Shown here piece by piece: positions 32,667-44,476 of a stretch of 64,000 nt of DNA. Origin of the DNA: Glycera tridactyla (taxonomy: Eukaryota); assembly GCA_965644265.1 (NCBI GenBank), contig OZ286470.1:65782001-65846000 (forward strand), in the 5' to 3' direction. Each line of letters begins with the position of its first letter. Within the stretch, counting starts at the first letter, position 1. The position numbers were made by a program, and so were the translations under genes. Under the pieces are notes generated by a model. That model searched no databases, was not told where the DNA came from, and saw only the letters and a program-made list of their open reading frames with translations.

Positions 32667-33580
32667 GGCTGGCTACCGGTCTGTTGTATTGTATGCTGCG
32701 AGGGGCGGTCGAAGGTACGGATCACCAAATTCGTCGCGTTCTCCTACGTTTCCTCCTCTTCAATATGCTTCAATAAAGTGATGTGGAGTCTACCTCTCTT
32801 CTTCGTGTTTTCACTATGAACTACTAGTGTTAGAGTGTCACTATAATTCACAAGAGTTCCTGTATGTGGGGGTAGAGTGTATACAAGGTATAACACAACT
32901 CGCTTGAATAGTGATGTATAAAGCAGGCCGTTAAGCTCTACTCAGTGAGGTACTGGATCTTCATGGAGTCGATGTTGTAGCCGTCCGTCTGGTGGTCCGT
33001 CCCCTTCTATGCCCCTGGGTATAACGTCTGGTAGTGCCCGAATTGCAGTACCCCGATTTCTCGATTTTCTGGGGATTTTATAGTAAAGTGAGGTATGCCG
33101 TTTCTAAGCATACCTCGGCCAATTCTGACGTATGCGTGGCATGAGTCGTATTGGTGACTAATAAGGTGTCCGACATGATCGGGAGGTGCATTCCTCACCG
33201 TCTGGGACCATTTTTGGGTTCCTGGGACCCGGCAGTGCCGAGATATTGACCTACAAAACCTACGGCACTTGACTACAGTAAATAGGTCAATTTTGACGTA
33301 GGACCGGCAATTTGGCTTGTTCAATGCCTTATATAGAATGTTCTTGACCAATTTCCAAGAAATCCGGTGGTTCTGGCGCTTGTAGCTCGTATGATAGCCG
33401 CTACTGCGCTTCGAACCTGGTACCCCCTCTAGGAAGTATTGGTCTATTAATATTTGCAGCGTCAGACTGGCCATGGGCTAAGCCGCGCTCAGTCTTTTGC
33501 CCGCTAGCTTTCGTTCCAATCGGACGTATGTATGCTAGCTCTTCAGGAATCATATATATCAAGTGAGTGGCTCCATAATA
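32661..33580 (-). repeat. 3' LTR (920 bp)
   Basis: TATTATGG...CCATAATA; matches 47675-48594 with about 4 substitutions seen by eye. Confidence 0.97.
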
Positions 33581-33582
33581 CA

Positions 33583-33595
33583 TGCTCCTGTTTTT
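33583..33595 (-). other. Putative polypurine tract
   Basis: Minus strand AAAAACAGGAGCA, 2 nt before the 3' LTR; short and imperfect. Confidence 0.45.
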
Positions 33596-34904
33596 AAGGA
33601 TTTTAGCCCTCTAAAATAAAAATGAAAAAAAAATAAAAAAATGATGAAAGATGCATAATCGTTATCATAAAATAAGTAAAATTATTTTGTGATTTTTGAT
33701 ACCCTTCTTTCCTTCTTTCTCCTTCTTCAAAGAAGACTGCCCCAGCTGTCTCCATGTTCAATCGTATGTAGGCGTCTCTGTCACATGTGTACCTCCTTTT
33801 CGAAGCCGCTCAACCCGAGTAATTTATTTTGACAATAATACAACAATAAATATATGAATAAATATGTGAATAATACATGCATTTTATTCACAATTTTGAG
33901 GTACGGCATGTCTCAAATCATTGGGTCCAATATTCCTACAACATCAGAATTTCACTCAGCATGCGTGTCTGTAATCGTGGTTCGTGTAGTATGCGTGTAT
34001 ATGTGTCTTCATGCTGTGTATAACTAGTAATAACGGAATTCACACACTACAAATGTATTCACTAAAATCCGACAATTTCGTAATTTATCAAGAGTGCACC
34101 CCGCCGACACACCCGACTTTTATCAGCACATCTTCAAGAATCCGCGACCGTGATTGGTCCAGTCGGTTTTGCGCATGTGTTCGTGGGGTCACTCCTTCAA
34201 AATTGACAAATTGTATCCCGAATCCGTTTGAAAAACGAAGTCTATCGTAGTTAGAGGCGTGAGAATCATAAGGTATGGCTGGTATTTCCTAACGAAATCC
34301 TTCTCCATATATCCTTCATTAATATGTGATAGTCGAGGCTCAACCCTTATCTGGCAGCTGCTAAACCCATCTACACCGCAGCTGACCTGAATATTTGCTG
34401 CGATCCCTCGAGAAAGAGTGATGGGCTTGTCTGGCAAACCACTCGTGTAACAAATTCATGGTTTCTCTAATGTGCATTCCTTGTGTCTAACAAGGGTACT
34501 GTGGGTATAAAAACGTCAATATAGACCCATTTACTATCTGGGGAAATTTATCAGGATCTTGTGCCATACCTGTCGTAGTATAATACCCCAAGTCTGGAGA
34601 CCAGACTTCACACTCTGCAGTTATGGGTCGTTCCCTCTGTATCATCAAACGTATCCTATCTGCCTACCTAAATGCAACCAGTCTTCATTACATAAATGAA
34701 ACTGGGCTCGCTACTACCATCGCCACGTCTACCGAGTATCCCCCTATGGATACAGATGAATGGTCATGGTTATGGTCATGGTTATGGGTCCTTATACCCA
34801 TAATCTTTCTTGCGTTTGCGTTGGTTGGTCTGGTTTGGGTTACATAGCGAGCATGCAAGAAGTCCCAGCCGGTAAGTACCGTTTTTCTGTCAATCAACAA
34901 CAAG

Positions 34905-34962
34905 TAACAATAAGTAACAATAAGTAACAGTAAGTAACGATAAGTAACGATAATTAACGATT
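34905..34962. repeat. 9-bp tandem repeat (taagtaaca/g) inside the retroelement
   Basis: About 6 direct copies. Confidence 0.85.
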
Positions 34963-35528
34963 ACCCCTAGTCTGTGTTTCTGCATGTGTGTTATCTGGCA
35001 TGGTGTATTGTGATATGTGTGGGTATAATCGTACCTGTATATCAGACTTCTTCAGGTTTTTGCTTCCGAACTGATCTGACTAATAGCCAGTCGTTCGTAC
35101 TAATCGTCATTGAAACTATCATCGTTACGAGCGGCTCGTGTCAGTGTCTGTATTATGACTTGTATATCGAGTTCCACGCGTTACCAGTCAAGCGTGTAAT
35201 CGTAGTCGCCCAGACCTTGCCTGGCTTTCTCGCTGCCCGTAACATGATCGTTTCACTCTGCGCTGGTTCACTAGTCTCTAGGCGATGCCGCCGAAACCAT
35301 AGGATCAGCTTCGTATAACAGTAGAAGTCATATTTGGTACATTCCTTTTTATGGGCTTGCGAGGCGAGCATTGTAATCACTGAATCGGTCCCCACGGCTG
35401 TTCGTAACTTCCATTTAGCCGAGGCGATCGTTAGGGTGTAAGATTACATTGCTCACCCAGCAGCATCTCCCCATGGGAATAAGTATTAGAACATGTATCT
35501 CAGTGGTACTCCATTCTCTGATCGTATT

Positions 35529-38400
35529 TCACTGGGAACAATTGCTTTTGAAACAGAATAAGTCTAATGATAAGATAATAAATCGTAAATCCTTCCATTG
35601 TTGACTAATAGCAGGCCTATTAGTCGTTTGTACCGCGATTTCCCGTCTTTCCATTATTTCGTAAGAATCTTCATCACTAACAGATGGTGGTGGAGGTATA
35701 TTCCTTAGAGCTGTTACGAGCGGCTCTATTGCTCGCGGATTTGATATGGGTGGCTGTAATGGCCTTTTTGCGATTTTGTTCCAAGTAGCCTTTTTATATC
35801 TGTATAGAAACCAGCCAGCTATCAATATGGCTGCTAGCAACGATACCGCTATTATTAGCACAATGAGTATCGTTAACCAGACACTTCTCTGCTTTCTCTG
35901 GTCGGTGTGGATCAGATTGAATGGGTTAAGGGTCCTTCCCTTCAATATTTCGTCCATCGCTTTATCCAGATCCATTCCGAAAGATATCATATCATCCAAG
36001 CCCAATTTTTCATCTTCTGTAGTAATATCCAAGGACGGTGTAGGGATGCTTATCTATCGATTTTGCATACCTATTCTTCGTGTATTCTACTAATAAATCC
36101 ATATTCAGTCGTCTCGATAATGCTGGGATATTTACAGGAAAATCGATTTCCTGCGACATTTGTCTGTCCATACATCCATGTATAATAGGTGATACTGACA
36201 ATGTCCTTCCCCGTCCGTCTGTTAACGTAACTTGACATGCACAATCCTGGCTGACCACACAAAACCTGCATCCTTCCCTAACCATTAACGCCCTTGTTGG
36301 ACAACCTATTTAAATGGTTTGAGCATTCATGACCAGCAACCTGCCTGGAGCCAATGAATGCACATCCATTATATCTTCGTCCATTTCCAGTCGATAGGAA
36401 CAGTGTTTTGCAATTTTCTCGTTGTCCCCAAGATATAAGCTCATGGCGCATGTTGGGTGGTAGGTATCATGGATTGTGGTCATTTGTTTGCAATGCACCG
36501 TATGTGATTTGGTACATTGGATGAAGTCCATTTCACTCATTTCCAAAAATCTAGTATTGTCTATGGATATACCAAAAATCTTGTTGGGCGTAACAGGCCT
36601 AGTTACCAAACTCGCATTTATTGTGGCGGGTACGCTGAAGGTGGATAGCTTGAACAGTTTGAAACTCGCATCTGTTGAACGTAGAGGAACCGTGATATGT
36701 ATTACCAGCTTGTTGTTTCTCCATGAGTATTCTGGCTTTGCATATTTATAATATGATGCTGGCCTCATATTCGCAACCCTAAACACAATAAATTCCTTCC
36801 TTACATGCTCATCAAGGTCTTCTAATGCCTTAAATAAGGTTTCCTCCGGTACTATCGTTGAAGACAGCTCATTTCGTAGTAGAGAACGTAGGCCGGTCAT
36901 GAAATTGTTCATTTCCCTTTCTACGATTGTTAGATCTTGTAGCAAGGTGGCTATCATTGAAACTGCGAACGATGTATATTGTACACTTGCATATAGCCTT
37001 TTATTCAGATTTTCTATGATCGTTGAAAATTTGTTGTCCACATGGTTAATAGCCTCTCCCATCTTTATGAGATGTTTGTTGTTGGTTTGTGCGAGTGCAA
37101 CCGCTTGTTTTTGGAAGGTAATGACTTTATCCGCCATATTAAATTGATTGTCTTCCAGTGTTTTCAATGCCTTGTGTATGTGTTTGGCTTCATCTTGGGT
37201 TACTACGCCAAATAGCGAATTCAGAATTTTTCCTCCAAAGTTGAACAATCCTCGTTCCTTCCTTCTCTTGGTGTCACCTGGATTGTACTCTGTGGCCTGT
37301 ACTTGCTTTATGATGATTCCCATTTCTCGTATGTCAGTTTCGGTTGTTTTCATAGCAAATACCACTGAGTCAATCAATTCAATGAAGTCCGTATCGTCTG
37401 GTGTGACTTCCGAAGTCTCTCGTCTCTGCCTTCTTCCTTGTTTTGGTTCCGAAGTCTTGATTCTATTGAGTTGATTTACGTAGTATGTACGTAACTCATT
37501 TGCCATAGCTTGGAATCTATCTGTTAAGTAGTGGACATGACCGCATATATAGGCTCCCTGCGATTCCCATTCTGAAGTACCTTTCGTTCCATGTCCTTTG
37601 CATTTGCCATCGTACGCATGCCTTATGTTTCTCAGGCTTCTCTCAGCTTCTTCTAACGTGACATTCCATTTGCCTTTTATAACTTCGTCTGGCGTTATCC
37701 TGGGATCATAAGGGTTCGTGATATTTTCTAATTTAGCTAGGGCTGTCCCAGCTTCCCATATACCCCTCATAATGATATTGTCCTGTCTTGGAGTATCTTC
37801 GACGTATAAAGCTTCCTTTAATGTATTCAAAGCTGCTTTGAGTGAAGTGATGGATCTTCCCATCTTGATTTTCTTCATTGTCGTAGATCTTTTTGTTCTG
37901 ATTCGTGCATTTGCTCCGTAATCCCATCGTGCGTTAGTCATCATCTCATGTAGTAGATCCATAGATATAGCGGTTCTGGTTGCCTTGATTTCATTCAAAA
38001 TTCCTTTTAGATACATACATGTTTCGTTGTTTGTGTCTTCTTCAATGTTTTCACCCAGACATTGATGCCATTGAAGGCATTCTCCATTCTGGTTCGTAGC
38101 ACATTGAGTATGATTGTTCACGTCTGTGAACATAGTAGGGATGTTCACAATGAACATCAGGTTGAAGGTCGCTGTCGTAGGGATATAGTTACCCTCTATA
38201 GGTGAAAAGTGAGCCCCATAATTTAATCTTTCAACTGGATTCATCCCAGTCGAATCAAGAAAATCCTGGTTCTGGTTATCGCTTGCATCTTGTTGTGGAC
38301 TTCCCATAGCTCCACACCATGAGAGTATCATAAGTAATATCATCAAAGAGCAGTCTTCTCCAATGATCCATCTTTGGTGCCGCTTTGGTCTATTCACCAC
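35529..38400 (-). pseudogene. env: Envelope glycoprotein, class I fusion, baculovirus-F/errantivirus type; one in-frame stop and one frameshift
   Basis: Signal SLMILLMILSWCGAMG; KRRKER|GLFNFGGKILNSLFGVVT fusion peptide; heptad region; Cys-rich segment continues past TAA 36310-36312 (GCRFCVVSQDCAC); frameshift ~36050; TM VWLTILIVLIIAVSLLAAILIAGWFLY. Confidence 0.92.
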
Positions 38401-39005
38401 TGCAACACATAAAGAGGGGATAGGGACCCATAAATACCTGTGCCTAGGCCGACTTATTGACAGTATAATGGATATTATAATTGTCTAGAACTTTTCTAAC
38501 AGACTGTGATGTAGTGTAGGGCGTTGTCATACAACAAGGATAATCATAAAATTTTTATATAAATTCATGATTTCTACTGTGTGTTTGGATCCGTTTCAAT
38601 GGAATGTCGGCCTGATGCGGCATTTTTACAGGTTCCCTATTTCTCCCTATTTATCATAGGCGTTTGCCTTTCCTCTTTGCTCATTGCGTTTACTGTCTCT
38701 TTCTATGGCAACCGCTCCGGTTTGACCAATACCCTTTTCGCGCGTCCGTGTTCCTTCACCTTGGTGAATCCACACCTCGATTTGTATATTTTCTGATACT
38801 CTCTCGTAATTCCCTGGGCTCCATTTGCTCGAAGCTGCTCCATCATTTGTTAATATGAGGGAGGTATGGGGTTACCTCCCTCTTATCCCGCCCCTTGGGC
38901 TCCCATGGGACCTTCAGGCTTATTTCCTGGGCTTGCTCATCCCCTTTACCCCTGATTTCCATCAGTTGTAAATCTTACTTCGAAGAGGCAACATCAGTAT
39001 CCATA

Positions 39006-39629
39006 ATGTCATCTCAGAATATCGTGGTGGCTTGTATCAGCCAGTTCTGTTCAAACGGAATAGTGGGAGTCCACTATGACGAGGAGCGAAGGGAACTACG
39101 TATTTATAGTGGGAGGGTCTCTACCAGTTATGATGACCACATTCTGGATGAAATACGTAGTTTCATTCGAACAAGGGAGATAGTTGGCTATTACTTTGAT
39201 CAAGAACAATGCCGTGCTTCACTAATTGTTAGATTCAATGGTGGCATTGTCGTTAATAATGCAAGAGCCGGTGCCTATAGGCGCAATCATGGTTGCTCTA
39301 ATTCATCTGAAGAGCACGAAAATGAGCCTGACAGCAATGAACCAGCCTCTCCCTATGTTGTGAATCAGGATCCTAGGAGGGTTCCTGTTCGGATGTGGCC
39401 GAATTTCGTCCATAGAAATTCTGCCCCTCGTATAGTGGTGCGTCCTAACAATCTGTCACGTCCTGAAGGACGCAATATCGTCGGTCGTGAGGTGAGTGTC
39501 TCTTTTTTATACTCTTTTTTTGTTTTTATTATCGTGCTTTCAGTTCCTTCAGCAACTTCCTCTTCTCTATACGAGCATTGTAGTCCCGTATGTGTTCTAT
39601 TGGCACGATATCAGCCCGTAGCCATGTAG
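39006..39629 (+). CDS. Antisense ORF of unknown function in the pol-env spacer
   Basis: Open frame 38895-39629, ATG at 39006, mostly outside pol; internal repeat IVGVHYDEE / IVGYYFDQE; consensus donor GAG|GTGAGT at 39491/39492. Confidence 0.5.
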   Translation: MSSQNIVVACISQFCSNGIVGVHYDEERRELRIYSGRVSTSYDDHILDEIRSFIRTREIVGYYFDQEQCRASLIVRFNGGIVVNNARAGAYRRNHGCSNSSEEHENEPDSNEPASPYVVNQDPRRVPVRMWPNFVHRNSAPRIVVRPNNLSRPEGRNIVGREVSVSFLYSFFVFIIVLSVPSATSSSLYEHCSPVCVLLARYQPVAM

Positions 39630-42600
39630 GCTTCTTGTCGCGCCACTCGCACATGTACGAAACCTTTCCATTCTTCGTTGTGGACGTTATGACTTTTACT
39701 AGTTTCGACATGTCCGGTGTGCTCGCCTTGCTATCATTCTTCGGTTTGAAGCTGATTTCTGGATCAGTACTAACTATATCTGTGTTTGACTTATTGTTTC
39801 TTTGCGCATGTTCTCTATTCACAAACGTTCTGTCTCGCTTTCGTCGCCTGGTTACAGGCTGGATGTTTGGAAGGGTAGAAGTTTCAGATTCCATACTTTC
39901 ATTGTCTTTTTCTCTGTGTGATTTTGCAGTTTTCTCTCTATCTACTGTATTTTTCGTATTTCCAATTGTCCGTTCCGGAGTTGCATTCTGTCCGTCCTTC
40001 TTGGTCCTTTCGGTCCCTCTCAGGGTAGAATCCGCCTCCGGTGTGAATTTCTTCAGTCTATTTTCTGGTATTAGATGTTTGAGGTTATGATTGTTGATTC
40101 GTAGTAAGTGGAAACCTGGCTTCGGAGTTGAGACTATGATGAAAGGCCCTTCGTATTTCTGGCTAACTTTGTATTGCGAAGGAACCCTAGGGGTTACTAT
40201 TTTTGCCCAAACCATATCTCCTGGTTTGAAACCTTTGTATGTAACCTTCTTGGCTGTATCGTGACGCATTTTCATGTTTTCCGCATTTTTCCTGACATTT
40301 CTGGCTGCTATGTGTCGTATAGCCATTAAATCAGGCCATATTGAAGGAAAAACTTCTTGTGGTGGGACATCTCGAATTATTGGAGGTTCTTTCGTTATGT
40401 CACCGGAGAGGGTTGGTTCTAAACCATACATGATTTCATAGGGTGCAAATCCATGAGATTTGATGGAGATATCATGAGACCAACGAACATGAGGCAAAAA
40501 TTCCGTCCATGATTTTTCAGGAAATTCCATCATGCATGCTCGTAGTGAGCAGAGAATACTAGAATGTAGTCGTTCCACTGCTGCATTGGCCTGAGGGTGC
40601 CAGGAGGTTATATACTGTAGTTTGATACTAAATTGTTCTGCCAGGTATTGAAAGGTTTTAGACATGTGAGCTGCCGCTCTGTCTAATACGACCACCTTTG
40701 GAGGTCCAAATCTTTGAATCCACATCTTCATAAAATATGTAGCCAGGGTTTCAGCCTTTTCATTTGGAATAGTTTCGATCTCAAAGTGTTTTGAAAATCT
40801 GTCTACGATAACTAGTACTTTCAGGTTCTTATCTTTCGTTGGTGCAACCTTTAAAACATCCATGTGTATTACTTCAAATAATGAAGCCGGTGGTCTTAAT
40901 AAAAGGGGTGTCCTTTTATTATTATAGTCCCTTTTAGCTTGACCGCAGGCTTTACAACTAGCCACAAATTTAGCCAAGTCTTCGTACATTCCTGGCCAGT
41001 AGAATCGTTGCCGAACGATTTGTAGTAGACTGTTGAAACCTCTGTGGGATCCATGTGTTCCATGGTGGAATAGTGCTGCTATTGCATACCTCCTAGCATG
41101 TGGTAAGTATATCTGGTGAAATGTTTTATTGCTCGTGTTGTTGTGGAATTTCCGGCATAAAATTCCGGAATTTGTAAGCAAATATTTGTCCTCTTCCGCC
41201 ATGATTTTTCTGGCATGAGTCAGAGTCTCTGGCAGAGATTTATTCAATTTATATTGATATAGGAATGACGAATCTCTGTCAGTGGCTTGTTCCAGCGCCA
41301 TTTTTCTTTCGTCTATCATATATTCTGTATATAACTTGATGCAAGCGTTTTCATCCAGTAGCAAGGCTTCCTCGTATGATATATCATCTGAATCCTCGAG
41401 GCCTAGTTGTTTTTCTTCTTTGTCGTATGATGAATCACCCTCACTGTCGGCTATGTTTTCGATCTCCGTCTCGGACATAACGTTCCCATCAGCGTCTTCC
41501 CCACTGCTAGTACACGATTCTTCCGCGTGGCGGCGAGCGCCTCGCTGGAAGCCGGTTTTGGCGGGAAAGGTGGGCGTGGCACTTTTCTCTCTTTGGCCAT
41601 GCTGTTTATCCGTTGTGTCGAACATATCGAATCGCCGCTCTCTGGCTTCACACTCAGATGAATCTATTTCATTGCTGGGCTTGTAAGGCTGTGTTCTGAT
41701 TCCCATTAGACATTCCTTTCTTGCCACTGGTGATTCCAAGAATTCTGTAGTATTGATAAGACAATGGTTGTCACCTTCTTCATCCATTGATAGCATAGGT
41801 TGTTCTACATAAGTTATTCTAGATAAGGTGTCGGCTACAACATTTTCTCTGCCTGGTTTGTGCAGTACACGGATATTGAATTTATTCAAAAACATTTTAT
41901 AACGAAAGAGCCTGCCGGTTCTAGTGGCCAGATTGTGTAGATATACATTTGTTAGATTATCAGAGAATACTGTGATATCTGTCTGAGAGCCTAACATTAG
42001 TTCACATTGTTTCAATGATTCTACGAGTGCTAGGGCTTCCTTTTCATTCGAATGGTAGTTTGCTTGTGACGGATTTAATGTCTTTGACATAAATGCTACA
42101 GGTCTGACTATATTTTCTTCATCTTCCTGCGATATAACTGCGCCTACTGCCCTACCGCTAGCATCTAGGTATACTGTAAAGGGTTTGGCAGGGTCAGGAT
42201 AGTATAGTACCGCATTTTGTAAAAGGGAGGTTTTTATACTGTCCAATGCTTCTTGGCATTCCTCGGTCCAGATAAATTCATGATCTTTCTGTAGGAGTTT
42301 GTTTATTGGTGCTGCTATAGCCGCATATCCTCTGACAAATCTACGATAGAAGTTGAGCGTACCCATTAACTGTCTCACTTCCTTGACATTATTAGGGGCT
42401 GGGAGCTTTATTAGCGCTCCTAATTTGTTAGGATCGGCTTTTACCCCATCCTTGTTGAAGATATATCCCAGATATTTAACCTCGGATTTCATGAACATGG
42501 CCTTTGAAGGCGATATACGTAATCCTACTTGCCTAAGTCTCCACAAAAGTTGTCTCATAACTTCTAAGTGTTTTTCATATGTAGGAGTGGTAACAATAAT

Positions 42601-44476
42601 ATCGTCCATATATGATGTGACGTATTTTGAGTCCAAAGTGGCTAAACACCTGGAGATGATGCTTGAGAATATTTCTGGGCTTGAATTTAGGCCCATAGGT
42701 GTTTTTGTAAAGGAGTATTTGGCATTGCTAGTATTTATCGTACAGATATCAATACTATCTGGTGCCAATTGAACTGCATAGAATGCTGAAGCCAGATGGA
42801 CTACGGAGAAGACCTTGTTTTTTCCTGCCGCTAAGGTGGCAATGATATCGTTAATTGTTGGTATTGGTGATTTTGAGGGAACTATCATTTTGTTAAGATT
42901 GGAAAAATCAACCACTAACCTGGGTTTGATGGGTTTACCATCATCATCATATTTGTATACTACAAAGGTGGGTACACCCCACATAGAATGCGATGGTTTC
43001 AGTATTCCTGCCTCTACTAATTTTTGAATTTGTTCATCTAAGTCCTTCTCCTGCTGTGGAGGTAACTTGTATGCTCTTTGATTTACAACTGTTGCTTCTG
43101 GCTTTATTTCTATCCTGTGATATACATCTTGTATGACTGCTAACTCACTCAGGTCTACGGCAAATGCCTCTCTGTTATTATCCAGAATAGATAATAATTC
43201 CTCTCTATATTCGTTAGCCGCAGGTTCCAACGATAATATATCGTTCCAAACGATAGGTTTGAAAGTTTGAATCCTAGTCTGGTTCGAAATGTCTACTTCT
43301 GTTTGAGTTGATATTTCTCTACTGTTATCGTATTCTTCCTCCACAACGAAAGGGGTGGAATAGTCCTGATGCGGCCACAATACTCGCAATGAGTTTATTT
43401 GTTCACCGCTACATGGAAGTGGCGCTGATGGTCTCGCTAATGCGGAACGTTCGCCTATGTATACAGAACCTGGCATTCCTCTCTCATTAGATGCAGGTCT
43501 GGCCAAGTGGGCTTGCGCAATGGTAATCTGCGCATCTGAATCTATATATACGTTCTTTGAAGTTGGATTCGAAACAGATACTAGGAATGTATTATTCTGG
43601 CTTCTGAAGGCAATCCCCGGAACCGTCGATAATTGTGGGGTATTCTTGATTATTTCATATGAAATATCTAAGGAATCTGGTTCTTTCATGTAGTTTGGGG
43701 TTATTGTATTCTCACTATCAGCAGTCATATCGATATAGCAAGAAATCATTGCGGTCTCCATAGGTTTCATAATCGTGGAATCTGATGCTTTCAATGTATA
43801 TGAGCATTCCTTTACAGTTGTCATCAATACGCTGGTGATACCTCCTTCTAGATGCAATCTGCTCTCTGAATAGTCAATTTTCGCCGCAGTTTGCTGGAGA
43901 AATGGTACACCTAGGATGACTTGTAAGGGTATGGCTTCCACCACGAGGAATCTGACTAATATTTCCTTACTATTAATAGTTACAGGAATACTCACTGATC
44001 CTATCACTTTCATTTTCTGTGCTTGCGCATCGTATAGTTCTACCTCGTGTTTCGTATCTATTTCTCCCCTTAAATCTAACTGTTTCAGCATGTCTTCTGT
44101 GATAAGATTAGTTGTAGCCCCATAGCCTACCATAGCCTACCATAGCCGCTATTTGTACATGTTTGATATATATTCTAATGGAGTTAAGTGTGCCTAGCTT
44201 CTGACGTATTCGGTTTCTATCACCTGTTGACAGCGTTAAGGATGAATTGACCCTCTCTTTCTTTGTCATGTTTCTATCATCTACTCCTTTGATACTATAC
44301 ATATGCCTACTACTGTTTCCTACGTTACTGCCACTACTAATATTTTTTTTATAAAATTTCACTACAAATTCTAACAGATCGCAATGATCAGGGAGCGTAT
44401 GCTCACAATCTATCCCTAATGGACAATCTACCCAATTAAATGCACTCGTGACCCTATTTACGACATGCCCTCTATC
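39529..44476 (-). pseudogene. pol: Pol polyprotein PR-RT-RNaseH-IN(+chromo-like); protease site disrupted by a 10-bp duplication
   Basis: PR ILGVPFL; RT PRLVVDFSNLN, YMDDII; RH YLDASG, EKEALA, SDN; IN HHCC, IHMD, VLDRA, VERLH, GPF; C-terminal YMCEWRDKKPTW. Frame continuous from 44476 once one catagcctac copy (44121-44140) is removed. Confidence 0.96.

Noticed and set aside
33007-33583. ORFs within the LTRs (also 32557-32781, 47469-47795, 48021-48768)
   Set aside because: They cross LTR or flank boundaries or differ in openness between the two LTR copies; no recognisable domain.
34974-35318. 114-aa hydrophobic plus-strand ORF
   Set aside because: Hydrophobicity is explained by reverse-complement composition; starts at GTG; no motif. 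Cannot be fully excluded.
39590-43693. Plus-strand ORFs opposite pol (39590-40090, 41282-41686, 42353-42772)
   Set aside because: Entirely inside pol, unlike the spacer ORF; typical antisense shadows.
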